A DNA stretch of 64,000 nt, taken from assembly GCA_043822125.1 (NCBI GenBank), contig JBDRCB010000009.1, forward strand, positions 15,736 through 79,735, in the 5' to 3' direction. Below, in pieces: positions 1-9,196 of this stretch (positions are counted from its first letter, which is position 1; every line of letters begins with the position of its first letter). This DNA comes from an archaeon (lineage in GTDB: Archaea; Nanobdellota; Nanobdellia; Pacearchaeales; GW2011-AR1). Below the pieces are notes generated by a model. The model saw only the letters and a list, made by a program, of their open reading frames with translations. It was not told the origin of the DNA and did no database searches. The position numbers were made by a program, and so were the translations under genes.

Positions 1-181
1 CTTGTTGAGTAAGAACTTCATATACTTCTCGAGGAATTTCATATATCTCTCCATTCGGGGAATAAAAGCAATCATGGGGTATATTATTATCAAAAAGTAA
101 AGCAGAAAATTTCTCTTCCTCTTCAGAATTTATAGGACGAACAAAAACAGGAGAAATTTCTTCTAAAGTCTTTTTTCCCAT
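1..181 (-). CDS. hypothetical protein (N-terminal part only; gene runs off the window start)
   Basis: ATG at 179-181 on the minus strand, open to the window edge. Translation is MGKKTLEEISPVFVRPINSEEEEKFSALLFDNN... with no motif I recognise. Confidence 0.4.
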   Translation of the reverse strand, partial: MGKKTLEEISPVFVRPINSEEEEKFSALLFDNNIPHDCFYSPNGEIYEIPREVYEVLTQQ

Positions 182-231
182 AAAAGATAATATATACAAC
201 ATTATTTAAATATTATTAAGATAAAAAGTAT

Positions 232-1110
232 ATGAACCAACAGAAAATCCTCCAAGCAGGAAAAATAGCATCTGAAGTAAAAAAGTGGATTAAACCACAT
301 ATAAAAAAAGGTGTTCCTTTACTTGAAATTGCAGAAAAAATAGAATCTAAAATTTTTGAGCTTGGTGGAGAACCTGCATTCCCTGTAAACCTCAGCGTAA
401 ATGAAATCGCTGCACACTTCACACCTTCTCACGACGACAAAACTACTGCATATGGATTATTAAAAATTGATTTTGGAGTTCATGTCAGTGGCTGGACTTC
501 AGACACAGCGTTTTCACTTGACTTGGAAAATTCAGAGGAAAACAAAAAACTAATAAAAGCATCTGAAGAAGCGCTTGAAGAAGCAATAAAAACAGCGAAG
601 GAAAAAATTCCCCTCAATGAAATTGGAAAAGCGATTCAGAAAAAAATTGAATTATATGGTTTTTCTCCAGTTATAAATTTGTCAGGGCACTCAATGGAAA
701 GATACAATCTGCATGCAGGAATCACTATTCCAAATAATGACAACTCAAAAACAACTTCCTTGCCTCCTGGACTTTATGCAATTGAGCCGTTTGCAACAAC
801 AGGAGAAGGAAAAGTTCACGACGGAAAACCTTCTGGAATTTACCAGTTAGTTTCTGAAAGAAATATTAGAAATCTTTCAGCAAGAGAAATCTTAAAATTC
901 ATTCAGGAAGAATACCAGACACTTCCGTTCTGCTCCCGCTGGATTGTCAAGAAATTTGGGACAAAATCACTAATTGCATTAAAGCAGTTGGAAGACAATG
1001 AAAACATTCATCAATTCCCGCAATTAGTGGAAAATTCGCAGGCAAAAGTCAGCCAGGCAGAAGATACAATTTTTCTCGACAGAAAAAACAAAATCATCAC
1101 TACTGCTTAA
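232..1110 (+). CDS. map: methionine aminopeptidase, type 2 (archaeal)
   Basis: 292-aa ORF. KILQAGKIASEV..., FPVNLSVNEIAAHFTP and GHSMERYNLHAG are typical of the archaeal/eukaryotic MetAP2 pita-bread fold. Confidence 0.85.
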   Translation: MNQQKILQAGKIASEVKKWIKPHIKKGVPLLEIAEKIESKIFELGGEPAFPVNLSVNEIAAHFTPSHDDKTTAYGLLKIDFGVHVSGWTSDTAFSLDLENSEENKKLIKASEEALEEAIKTAKEKIPLNEIGKAIQKKIELYGFSPVINLSGHSMERYNLHAGITIPNNDNSKTTSLPPGLYAIEPFATTGEGKVHDGKPSGIYQLVSERNIRNLSAREILKFIQEEYQTLPFCSRWIVKKFGTKSLIALKQLEDNENIHQFPQLVENSQAKVSQAEDTIFLDRKNKIITTA

Positions 1111-1147
1111 ATTATTTTTAAAAAAATTAGATTAAATTCCTTCAATC

Positions 1148-3478
1148 TTATCCCAAATAACTTCCTGCTATAGGAACAGCTGCTTTTGCTGATTTAAGAA
1201 AATTGTCCTCAATTTTTTTGTAGACTTCAATTGTTGATTTTGTAACACTTGGTTTTATTTTCTTCAGAGCTTCTTCTAAATGTTTTTTCTTTACAAATTT
1301 AGAGTCAATGGATTCCCTCAAGGCAAGCAGAGCTGCCTCGCGCACAACTGATTCCAAGTCAGCGCCTGTATAACCATCAGTTTTTTCAGCAATTTCTTTT
1401 AAAATTAATTCTCTCTCTTTATCACTGAATAATTTTTTCCCGTCGCCAAAAGGCATATTTTTAGTATGAATCTGAAGTACGTTTAACCTTCCTTTTTCCT
1501 GCGGTGCGTTTACAAGTAGAATTTTGTCAAACCTTCCAGGACGCAAAACAGCAGGATCAAGCATATCAGGGCGGTTCGTCGCACCAATTATTAAAATATC
1601 TTTCAAATCCTCAAGCCCGTCCATTTCTGCAAGAATCTGATTCAAAACCCTTTCTGTAACTTTTGTCCCTTGTTCAATTCCCCTCTTTCCTGCAAGAGAA
1701 TCAATCTCGTCGAAAAATACAACACACGGAGCAACCTGTCTTGCCCTCTCAAAAATCTTTCTCACACCTTCCTCTGATTTTCCAACCCACATACTCAACA
1801 GCGAAGGTCCTTTAACCTGAATAAAATTTGCTTCTGATTCCTTTGCAACTGCTTTTGCTAAAAGTGTCTTGCCTGTTCCAGGAGGGCCGTAAAGCAAAAT
1901 TCCCCTCGAAGGCCTTATTCCCAACCTGTGAAAACTCTCTGGATATTTCAACGGCCACTCAACTGATTCTCTAAGTTCTTGTTTCACAGAATCAAGTCCG
2001 CCGACAGAATCCCATTCAATATTTGGAGTTTCAACTAAAACTTCCCGCATTGCCGACGGGCGCACAACTTTCAAAGCATCTTTAAAATCTTCCTGCTTGA
2101 CAATTAACTTTTCAAGAAGTTCAGGAGATATCTGCTCCTCAGCGTCGAGATTCATTTTAGGAAGAATTTTTCTCAGAACATTCATAGCAGCTTCTTTTGA
2201 AAGAGCTTCTAAATCTGCTCCAACAAAACCATGAGTAACAGACGCGATTTCATCGAGATTAACTTTTTTAGTCAACGGCATACCTCTTGTATGAATTTTA
2301 AGAATTGATAATCTCCCTTCTTTACCTGGAACTCCTACTTCAATTTCTCTGTCAAATCTACCAGGACGCCTGAGTGCAGGATCAAGAGCATTAACTCTGT
2401 TAGTAGCACCTATAACAATTACTTTTCCCCGAGATTTCAATCCATCCATCATTGTCAAAATCTGCGAAACAACCCTCCTCTCAACTTCACCATGCACTTC
2501 CTCTCTCTTCGGTGCAATTGCATCAATCTCGTCAATAAAAATAATAGCAGGAGAAGTTTTTTCAGCTTCTTCAAAAATATCTCTTATCTTTTTCTCTGAC
2601 TCTCCATAAAACTTAGACATTATTTCAGGTCCGTTCAATAAAATAAAATTTGCATCTGACTCTGTCGCCACTGCTTTTGCTAAAAGTGTTTTGCCTGTTC
2701 CAGGAGGACCATGTAGTAAAACACCCTTCGGAGGTTCAACACCTAATTTATGAAAAATTTCAGGATGTTTCAGAGGAATTTCAACCATCTCTCTAATTTT
2801 TTTTATCTCATCATTCAATCCCCCAATATCCTCATAGGTTATTTCAGGTATTTTCTCGTCGCTGACTTCAACTGCTTTTGGACTCAAAGAAACTTCTGTA
2901 TTTTCTGTAATTCTCACCGGTTGATTTGGATTTGTGGAAATAACTAAAAATCTTATCTGTGCAACAGAACCGCCGAGATTTCCCATTCCAAGTCCTCCAA
3001 ATAAATCTCCTAAATTTCCAAAAATATCATTTAAATCTCCAAACTCCTCTGACATCAAGTCTCTTCTTCGCTGGACTCCTCCAAGGACAACAACATCTCC
3101 TTTAATCACTGTTCTTCCAAGAAGCCCGTTCCTTAAACTATCAGGATCTGCCTGAACCATAATTCCTTTTTGAGCAGGAGCAATCATAACTTTTTTCGCA
3201 TCTTTCACATTTGCCTTGGAAATTATTACAATGTCACCTAAACTCGCCTTTGCATTTCTTCTTAAAATACCGTCGATTCTGATTATGCCCTCTCCAATAT
3301 CAGCAGGATACGCACGGTCAGCAATTGCAATTGTCTCGCGATTGCCTTTAATCAAAACAGCATCTCCCCTCTTAATATCAAGCTCTTTCATAATTTCAGA
3401 ATCAATTCTCGCAATTCCTTTGTAAGCATCATCCTGCAATGCTTCAACAACCTTCAGTTTAACCTCGTTCTTTGCCAT
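1148..3478 (-). CDS. cdc48: CDC48/VCP-like AAA+ ATPase
   Basis: 776-aa ORF with a CDC48-type N-domain and two AAA modules. Each has Walker [14 protein letters not shown] and a Walker B (FIDEIDA / FFDEIDS). Confidence 0.9.
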   Translation of the reverse strand: MAKNEVKLKVVEALQDDAYKGIARIDSEIMKELDIKRGDAVLIKGNRETIAIADRAYPADIGEGIIRIDGILRRNAKASLGDIVIISKANVKDAKKVMIAPAQKGIMVQADPDSLRNGLLGRTVIKGDVVVLGGVQRRRDLMSEEFGDLNDIFGNLGDLFGGLGMGNLGGSVAQIRFLVISTNPNQPVRITENTEVSLSPKAVEVSDEKIPEITYEDIGGLNDEIKKIREMVEIPLKHPEIFHKLGVEPPKGVLLHGPPGTGKTLLAKAVATESDANFILLNGPEIMSKFYGESEKKIRDIFEEAEKTSPAIIFIDEIDAIAPKREEVHGEVERRVVSQILTMMDGLKSRGKVIVIGATNRVNALDPALRRPGRFDREIEVGVPGKEGRLSILKIHTRGMPLTKKVNLDEIASVTHGFVGADLEALSKEAAMNVLRKILPKMNLDAEEQISPELLEKLIVKQEDFKDALKVVRPSAMREVLVETPNIEWDSVGGLDSVKQELRESVEWPLKYPESFHRLGIRPSRGILLYGPPGTGKTLLAKAVAKESEANFIQVKGPSLLSMWVGKSEEGVRKIFERARQVAPCVVFFDEIDSLAGKRGIEQGTKVTERVLNQILAEMDGLEDLKDILIIGATNRPDMLDPAVLRPGRFDKILLVNAPQEKGRLNVLQIHTKNMPFGDGKKLFSDKERELILKEIAEKTDGYTGADLESVVREAALLALRESIDSKFVKKKHLEEALKKIKPSVTKSTIEVYKKIEDNFLKSAKAAVPIAGSYLG

Positions 3479-3858
3479 TATATCCTGTTTTTATTTTCAA
3501 ATTTATTTATTTTCCTCACCTCTCCAAAATTCAGACTAAGCTTTCCCATGTCTTCAAAACAAAGTCTCACCATTTCATTCATAATTTTCTCCTGTTGATT
3601 CATAAATAAAACTATTTCGCGGGGAATAGATACAGCATAACTATTTCCAACTAACCTCATCTTAACTCTAAACTCTTTGTTCTTCAAATTTATAAATTTA
3701 TTGTAATCCTGCTCGTCAACAGGATGAATTATTTTCTCATTGCATTTAGGACAAACAACTGCTCTGAAAATAAAACCATTTTTAGTTACATTTGCTTTTT
3801 GCATTTTAGCACTGCACTTTCTGCACAAAATTGTGCTGTCAAATATGTCTGCTGTCAT
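3478..3858 (-). CDS. zinc-ribbon protein with C-terminal SpoVT/AbrB-like domain
   Basis: CRKC...CPKC zinc ribbon followed by VGNSYAVSIPREIV (AbrB/SpoVT-like swapped-hairpin signature). The stop overlaps the cdc48 ATG by 1 nt. I placed the start at the first ATG (3858); the longer GTG start at 3942 is less likely. Confidence 0.5.
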   Translation of the reverse strand: MTADIFDSTILCRKCSAKMQKANVTKNGFIFRAVVCPKCNEKIIHPVDEQDYNKFINLKNKEFRVKMRLVGNSYAVSIPREIVLFMNQQEKIMNEMVRLCFEDMGKLSLNFGEVRKINKFENKNRI

Positions 3859-3872
3859 TTTATTGAATATAA

Positions 3873-3894
3873 AACCGCATCCGAAGACGCGGTT
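3873..3894 (-). promoter_or_regulatory. GC-rich 9-bp hairpin with UUCG tetraloop, 15 nt upstream of the ATG at 3858
   Basis: Minus-sense AACCGCGUC-UUCG-GAUGCGGUU with one G.U pair. The plus-sense version has an A.C mismatch, which favours a minus-strand RNA. Confidence 0.35.
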
Positions 3895-4073
3895 GAGTGA
3901 AAAGAGGTTATACAAGAAATGTATATCCTTATGTGTATACACAAAAATGTATACTATTTAAATGTTTCTGTAATTGAAGCACTTTTCAAATCATTCAGAA
4001 CAAATCCCTTTACTAACACATTTTATTCCAAGGACATCAAACATTTTAAAAACTCTTTTTTATTTTTTTTATT

Positions 4074-4700
4074 ATGAAAAGAGAGGGTATAAAAAAATAC
4101 TGGAAAAAATTCTGGCATCTGCTTTGGAAAGACGACAGTTTGAAAGGTTGGATTTTTTCAGTTATATTTTTGATTATATTAATTAAATTTATTTTTCTTC
4201 CAGGACTGAGTTTTATAACAGGGACAGATTTTCCCCTTGCAATTGTTGAATCTTGCAGTATGTATCATAAAGGAAATTTTTTCTCAACATTTAATTCTTG
4301 GTGGGAACGACACGAACCAAAATATGAATCATATGATATAACAAAAGAGCAGTTTTCTGAATTCTCAATGCGAAGAGGTTTCAGCAAAGGGGATATTTTA
4401 TTCTTAATAAAAGCAAATCCTGAAAAATTAAAAATAGGGGATATAATTTTATTTGAGGCAGGGCAGAAGAATCCTGTTATTCACAGAATAATAAAAATAG
4501 AGAAAGAAGGAGATAAATATTTTTTCTCTACGATCGGCGATAACAATCCAGGACAGCTGAGTGTTGAAAAACAAATAAGCGAAGATAAACTTATAGGAAA
4601 AGCTGTTTTTAGAATCACTCCTTTTGTGGGTTGGGGAAAATTAGTTTTTTTCGAACACACAAGAACAATTTCAGAAAGAGGGTTCTGTAAAGAGAATTAA
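4074..4700 (+). CDS. signal peptidase I, archaeal/SEC11 type
   Basis: N-terminal TM segment, catalytic Ser box VESCSMYH, then GDILF/GDIILF and VIHRII boxes typical of S26B peptidases. Confidence 0.7.
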   Translation: MKREGIKKYWKKFWHLLWKDDSLKGWIFSVIFLIILIKFIFLPGLSFITGTDFPLAIVESCSMYHKGNFFSTFNSWWERHEPKYESYDITKEQFSEFSMRRGFSKGDILFLIKANPEKLKIGDIILFEAGQKNPVIHRIIKIEKEGDKYFFSTIGDNNPGQLSVEKQISEDKLIGKAVFRITPFVGWGKLVFFEHTRTISERGFCKEN

Positions 4701-4735
4701 GAAACCTTTTTAAATAAAATTTCTCTAAACATACA

Positions 4736-5044
4736 ATGGAATTTTGCCCTAAATGTGGAGCGATACTAATTCAAAAGGAAAAAAATTCAAAGTGTCCTCG
4801 ATGCAATTACTCTAGCAAAGAAAAAATAAAATTAACTACAAGTGAAACTATTGAAGAAAAACAGGCGATTGGTGTGGTATCTCCAAAAGATACAAAAACA
4901 ATGCCAGTAGTTAGCGAGGTGTGCAAGGGGTGCAAAAACAACCGTGCTTATTTCTGGACAGTTCAAATGCGCGCTGCAGATGAGGCAGAAACAAAATTTT
5001 TCAAATGTACAAAATGCAACTTCACTTGGAAAACAAACAGATAA
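4736..5044 (+). CDS. tfs: transcription factor S (TFIIS/RpoM-like)
   Basis: N-terminal CPKC...CPRC ribbon and C-terminal CKGC...QMRAADEAET...CTKC ribbon with the acidic DE hairpin. Confidence 0.85.
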   Translation: MEFCPKCGAILIQKEKNSKCPRCNYSSKEKIKLTTSETIEEKQAIGVVSPKDTKTMPVVSEVCKGCKNNRAYFWTVQMRAADEAETKFFKCTKCNFTWKTNR

Positions 5045-5203
5045 CAACAATTTATAAAATTTCTATTGCATTTAATTAAAAATATATAATTATTTCATAA
5101 ATTTATTAAAAAAATATAGCGAAAAAAGCTCTGTGCCTACGACACTTCTGCAGTTCAGACAAGATAAAGATGTCAATCCCAAATCTATACATCCCAATAA
5201 GCA

Positions 5204-5854
5204 TTAATTATCATTCAATTCAAGAATCAAACTTCCTTTTGAGATAAAATAATTTATTATCGGAAGATTAATTGGAATTATTTTTGAATATGCCTTGTTT
5301 TTTGCAACTGCCTTTACTTCAATGCTGTTCTCAAGCTGGTTTATTGATATGTCTTCGATTGATTTTACACCAGGCATTTTCAGTTCGTAGATTATTTTGT
5401 CTGCCAATCTTCTGATATTTGTTGAAGGCTCTTTTTTCGGCAGTTTTAAGAATTTTTCCTTTTCATTTTGCGAAAATTTATTTAGATGAACTCTGTGCTC
5501 TTCTTTTTTATTAGGTTTTTTATTTTCATAAGGATTATTCAAGTCAATTTCTTTCCCATTTATTGAAACTTTTATGTGTGTTTTCATCGGCGGTTCTTTT
5601 TTTATTTCTTTTTGCATTTCTTTTTCCAGCATTTTCATTGTTCCTGTAAGCATCTTTCCAAGCATCTTTCCTCCGAAACTTCCAAAAAGAACTTCAAAAG
5701 GATCCTGCTGTTGCGTGTTTTCAAAATCATCTTTTCCCAGCATCCCCCAGTCCTCCTTTTTTTTACTTTTTAGAGAATAACCGCAGTTAGGGCAAAAATC
5801 ATGAGAATTGCTTGTTTTCTTTCCACATCTGTTGCATTGTCTTTTCCTAAACAT
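5204..5854 (-). CDS. zinc-ribbon protein with C-terminal Hsp20/alpha-crystallin-like domain (tentative)
   Basis: N-terminal CNRC...CPNC. The C-terminus IYELKMPGVKSIEDISINQLENSIEVKA resembles the ACD/HSP20-like beta-sandwich. Confidence 0.45.
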   Translation of the reverse strand: MFRKRQCNRCGKKTSNSHDFCPNCGYSLKSKKKEDWGMLGKDDFENTQQQDPFEVLFGSFGGKMLGKMLTGTMKMLEKEMQKEIKKEPPMKTHIKVSINGKEIDLNNPYENKKPNKKEEHRVHLNKFSQNEKEKFLKLPKKEPSTNIRRLADKIIYELKMPGVKSIEDISINQLENSIEVKAVAKNKAYSKIIPINLPIINYFISKGSLILELNDN

Positions 5855-5935
5855 AAAGAAAATAATTATCTTTTCTTTAAATATTTTTGGGATATTTTAA
5901 CACAATACATAAACTCCTCTTGAATTTTCAATAGA

Positions 5936-5947
5936 TTTTTATATTTA
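5936..5947 (+). promoter_or_regulatory. TATA-box-like element centred about 24 nt upstream of the metG ATG (suggests a leaderless mRNA)
   Basis: tttttatattta; the same spacing recurs upstream of tbp and mcm. Confidence 0.4.
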
Positions 5948-5964
5948 GTATTTTTCTCTTAATC

Positions 5965-7365
5965 ATGGGAAAAAAATTTTATATTACAACTCCGATTTAT
6001 TATCCGAATGATGTTCCGCACATCGGACATGCTTATACAACAGTTGCTGCAGATGTTTTAGCTAGATGGAATAAACTAAAAGGAAAAGAAGTATTTTTTC
6101 TGACTGGGACAGATGAACATGGAAAGAAGATTGAAATTGCTGCGAAAAAAAAAGGGAAAACACCGGAGGAGTTTGTTGATTCATTAATTCCAAAATTTAA
6201 AGAATCATGGAGAAAATTAAATATTGATTACAGCAAATTTATCAGAACTACAGACAAGGAACATGAGAAAATTGTAAAAGAGGTTTTGCAAAAAGTCTTT
6301 GATAACAAAGACATTTACCTCGGAGAGTACGAAGGATTTTATTGTGTTGATTGCGAAGCTTATTATACAGAGAAAGATTTAGAAAATGGCTGTTGCCCTA
6401 TTCACAAAAAAAAAGTCGAAAGATTAAAGGAAGAAAGTTATTTTTTCAGGCTCTCAAAATACCAGTATAAACTTCTTGAGTTGTATGAACAAAATCCTGA
6501 GTTTATTCTTCCAAAAAAAAGAAGGAATGAAATAATTAACAGAGTCAAAGAAGGGTTGAAAGATTTGAGCATTTCTAGGATGAATTTTGATTGGGGCATA
6601 AAAATGCCTTTTGATAAAAAACATATTTGTTATGTCTGGTTTGATGCTCTGCTGAATTACTATTCTGCGACGCGCGATAAAAGAAATGAAAAATTTTGGC
6701 CTGTGGATGTTCATTTAGTCGGCAAGGATATTTTATGGTTCCATGCTGTTTACTGGCCTGCGATTCTTCTTTCTGCTGGAATAAAACTTCCGAAAAAAAT
6801 CTTTGCTCATGGGTGGTGGACATTCAATAAAGAAAAAATTTCAAAATCCCGAGGGAAAGTTGTTAATGTCGATGAATTGGTTTCGATTGCAGGAGTTGAT
6901 TCTGCGAGGTATTTTTTATTAAGAGAAACACCTTTTGGACAAGACGGAGATTTTTCAGAAAAAGCCTTAATGAATAGGTATAATAATGAACTCGCGAACA
7001 AGCTTGGGAACTTAGTTTCAAGAGTTGCTGGATTAATTGAGAAGAACGGAACTGAAAAGTGTGGGAGCAAATTAATTAAAAAATTAAATGAGAAAATAAT
7101 TGAAAAATATTTTGAAAGTTTTGAATTTGATAAAATCCTCAATGAAATTTTCGCTTTCATTGATATTTGCAATGAGTATGTTCAAAAGAATAAAATCTGG
7201 GAGACAAAAAATAAAAAAGCTTTATTTGAATTAAAAGGATCAATTTTGAAGGTTGCAGAACTTCTTTCGCCATTTATTCCTGAAAGTGCTGAGAAAATTA
7301 AGAAGCAGTTTGGCGCTGAAAAGATTAAAGTATCAAATATACTTTTTCCGAAGATAAAGACTTAA
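5965..7365 (+). CDS. metG: methionine--tRNA ligase, catalytic core without the C-terminal tRNA-binding domain
   Basis: YITTPIYYPNDVPHIGHAYT (HIGH), the CVDC...CPIH zinc knuckle and KISKSRG (KMSKS). It is 466 aa and ends before the usual EMAP/Trbp111-like domain. Confidence 0.9.
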   Translation: MGKKFYITTPIYYPNDVPHIGHAYTTVAADVLARWNKLKGKEVFFLTGTDEHGKKIEIAAKKKGKTPEEFVDSLIPKFKESWRKLNIDYSKFIRTTDKEHEKIVKEVLQKVFDNKDIYLGEYEGFYCVDCEAYYTEKDLENGCCPIHKKKVERLKEESYFFRLSKYQYKLLELYEQNPEFILPKKRRNEIINRVKEGLKDLSISRMNFDWGIKMPFDKKHICYVWFDALLNYYSATRDKRNEKFWPVDVHLVGKDILWFHAVYWPAILLSAGIKLPKKIFAHGWWTFNKEKISKSRGKVVNVDELVSIAGVDSARYFLLRETPFGQDGDFSEKALMNRYNNELANKLGNLVSRVAGLIEKNGTEKCGSKLIKKLNEKIIEKYFESFEFDKILNEIFAFIDICNEYVQKNKIWETKNKKALFELKGSILKVAELLSPFIPESAEKIKKQFGAEKIKVSNILFPKIKT

Positions 7366-7434
7366 AAAGGTATTTTCACTTATTCATTTAATAAATAAGT
7401 TAAATGAAAGGAGAGGTTTTTTTAGGGAAATAAA

Positions 7435-7788
7435 ATGGTTAGGAAATTAGGTCATTGGAGATTTATGATTAATTGTTTATTTGCTACAGATAGACCCTTG
7501 AGTCTTGATAATGAATTTTGGGAATACATTTACCATTCTTCAGAAAGTGCCAAGAAAAGATTCCCAGATATTAATATTGAAAGAGATCGTTATGGATTTA
7601 CTAGTTATATTTTACGTTTACCTCATCTATTGAAAGTAGATCGGAATAAAAAAACTATCGAGTTAGATAAATCAGTTGTTGATGAAGATTATCTTTATAA
7701 TTTAGTTAATTATTCTCTCGATAAAGATATTAAAGATGGTTTGCCACAACTACTAAAAGAAGTATACCAGATAAATTTTGTTAATTAG
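7435..7788 (+). CDS. hypothetical protein
   Basis: 117-aa ORF with no motif I recognise. It sits between metG and the chorismate mutase gene. Confidence 0.4.
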   Translation: MVRKLGHWRFMINCLFATDRPLSLDNEFWEYIYHSSESAKKRFPDINIERDRYGFTSYILRLPHLLKVDRNKKTIELDKSVVDEDYLYNLVNYSLDKDIKDGLPQLLKEVYQINFVN

Positions 7789-7790
7789 AA

Positions 7791-8060
7791 ATGGACTTAA
7801 ATGATTTTAGACAGGAGATTAATAAAATTGATTTGGAACTTTTGAATTTGATTAAAAAGAGGATGAATATCTCCAGAAAAATTGGAAAATTTAAGAGACA
7901 AAATAATCTTTTAATTTTTGATTCACAAAAAGAAAAAGAAATCTTTGAGGAATTAGAAAATTTAGCAAAGAAAAAAGATTTAGACAAAGATTTTATAAAA
8001 AGTTTATTTAAATTAATTATGAATAAATCTAAGAAAGAGCAAAAATGCCAGAAAATATAA
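7791..8060 (+). CDS. chorismate mutase, AroQ (type II) class
   Basis: 89 aa. FRQEINKIDLELLNLIKKRMNISRKIGKFK...DSQKEKEI...LFKLIMNKSKKEQ aligns by eye with the E. coli PheA CM domain, including the active-site R/K/E/Q positions. Confidence 0.65.
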   Translation: MDLNDFRQEINKIDLELLNLIKKRMNISRKIGKFKRQNNLLIFDSQKEKEIFEELENLAKKKDLDKDFIKSLFKLIMNKSKKEQKCQKI

Positions 8061-8386
8061 TCTCATTCGATGATTTTCAAAAACTTGATTTAAGAGTCGG
8101 AGAGATAATAGATGTAGAAGAAATTGAAGGAGCTGACAAATTGTGGAAATTAAAAGTTGACTTGGGAGAGGAGAAAAAAAGAACAATTTGCGCAGGAATC
8201 AAGGAATATTATTCTGCTGATGAAATTATTGGGAAGAAAATTATTGTTGTAGCGAATTTAGCTCCTCGTAAAATGAGGGGAACTGAAAGTCAAGGAATGC
8301 TATTGGCTACTGTTAATGAAGATGAATCTAAAGTTATATTAATCTCTCCTGAGAAAGATATTGAAATTGGAAGTAAGGTTCGGTGA
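8045..8386 (+). CDS. stand-alone tRNA-binding domain protein (Trbp111/CsaA/MetRS C-terminal-domain-like)
   Basis: FQKLDLRVGEIIDVEEIEGADKLWKLKVDLGEE..RTICAGIKEYY...IVVANLAPRKMRGTESQGMLLA is an OB-fold tRNA-binding signature. It overlaps the CM gene by 16 nt. Confidence 0.8.
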   Translation: MPENIISFDDFQKLDLRVGEIIDVEEIEGADKLWKLKVDLGEEKKRTICAGIKEYYSADEIIGKKIIVVANLAPRKMRGTESQGMLLATVNEDESKVILISPEKDIEIGSKVR

Positions 8387-8387
8387 T

Positions 8388-9167
8388 TTAAACTTTTTTC
8401 CAGCCAAAAACCCTTGAAATTTTTTCAAAAATATTTTCTCTGTCTTTAGTGGAATCGTATTCTTTATCAATAATTTTTGCTGCAATTTCCTTGTATGCAC
8501 GAGCTGCCTTGCTCTTTGGAAAAATATGCACTACTGCGTCTTTGTGGTTCAGAGAATCTGAAACATGAATGTCTTCAGGTATCATGCCGAGTATAGGAAC
8601 CTCTAGCATTTCCCTCACTGTTTCTGGTTGCATTTCTATTTTATTTTTTTTGACTCTTGTAACAATGACGCCTTTAATTTGTTTTTTGTCCTGCTCAGCT
8701 ATTTTTATTGTCTTGAGTGCGTCGGTGATTGCAGGCATTTCAGGGTTTGTTACAATGATGATTTCATCTGCAATATCTATAACAGACATGGCTTCTTTTC
8801 CCAGCCCAGCTGCGCAGTCTACTATTATGTAATCTGATATTTTTTTGAATTCATTCTTAAATTCTTTTAATTTTTCGTGCTTTATTTTTTTTAGTTCCTT
8901 TATTGATAAAGAAGAAGGCATTATTTTCATTCCTTTTTCATGCTCATAAACAGCTTCAATCGGCTCTTCTTTGTATTGCAAAACATGATTCAAATTTATA
9001 GGAACTTCAGGTGAGTTAAGGTGAATTCCGATGTTTGGAGTGGAGAGATTGCCGTCTATTATCAGGACATTTTCCCCGAAATAATTCATGGCAGCACCTA
9101 GATTTATAGCAGTTGTTGTTTTTCCAACACCTCCTTTTCCTGACACAATTACAATTATTTTTGACAT
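8388..9167 (-). CDS. minD: MinD/ParA-family P-loop ATPase
   Basis: Deviant Walker A SGKGGVGKTT. The C-terminal amphipathic stretch IFEKISRVFGWKKV looks like a membrane-targeting helix. Confidence 0.8.
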   Translation of the reverse strand: MSKIIVIVSGKGGVGKTTTAINLGAAMNYFGENVLIIDGNLSTPNIGIHLNSPEVPINLNHVLQYKEEPIEAVYEHEKGMKIMPSSLSIKELKKIKHEKLKEFKNEFKKISDYIIVDCAAGLGKEAMSVIDIADEIIIVTNPEMPAITDALKTIKIAEQDKKQIKGVIVTRVKKNKIEMQPETVREMLEVPILGMIPEDIHVSDSLNHKDAVVHIFPKSKAARAYKEIAAKIIDKEYDSTKDRENIFEKISRVFGWKKV

Positions 9168-9196
9168 TTTAAAAGTCCCTTGGACATTAAGAAGTT

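Noticed and set aside
2750-3425. Antisense 'shadow' ORFs of 60-130 aa inside large genes. Examples are 2750..2947, 2934..3155 and 3216..3425 in cdc48. Similar ones occur in metG, valS, topA, mcm, gatE, disA and others.
   Set aside because: They are fully nested antisense or out of frame within strongly supported CDS. They have low-complexity S/F/L/I-rich translations, which is expected in AT-rich DNA, and show no start-site signals.
3859-3942. N-terminal extension of the Zn-ribbon/AbrB ORF from a GTG start (MYTHKDIHFLYNLFSLNRVFGCGFIFNK).
   Set aside because: The extension is hydrophobic and non-descript, and it coincides with a GC-rich hairpin. The zinc ribbon begins right after the first ATG (3858). 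I keep it as an alternative in the findings.
5100-5170. Slightly GC-richer patch (gctctgtgcctacgacacttctgcagttcagac) between convergent tfs and the 5204 gene. I considered it as a small RNA or terminator.
   Set aside because: It offers only short, interrupted pairings. There are no C/D or H/ACA boxes, no tRNA-like arms and no clear oligo-T context.
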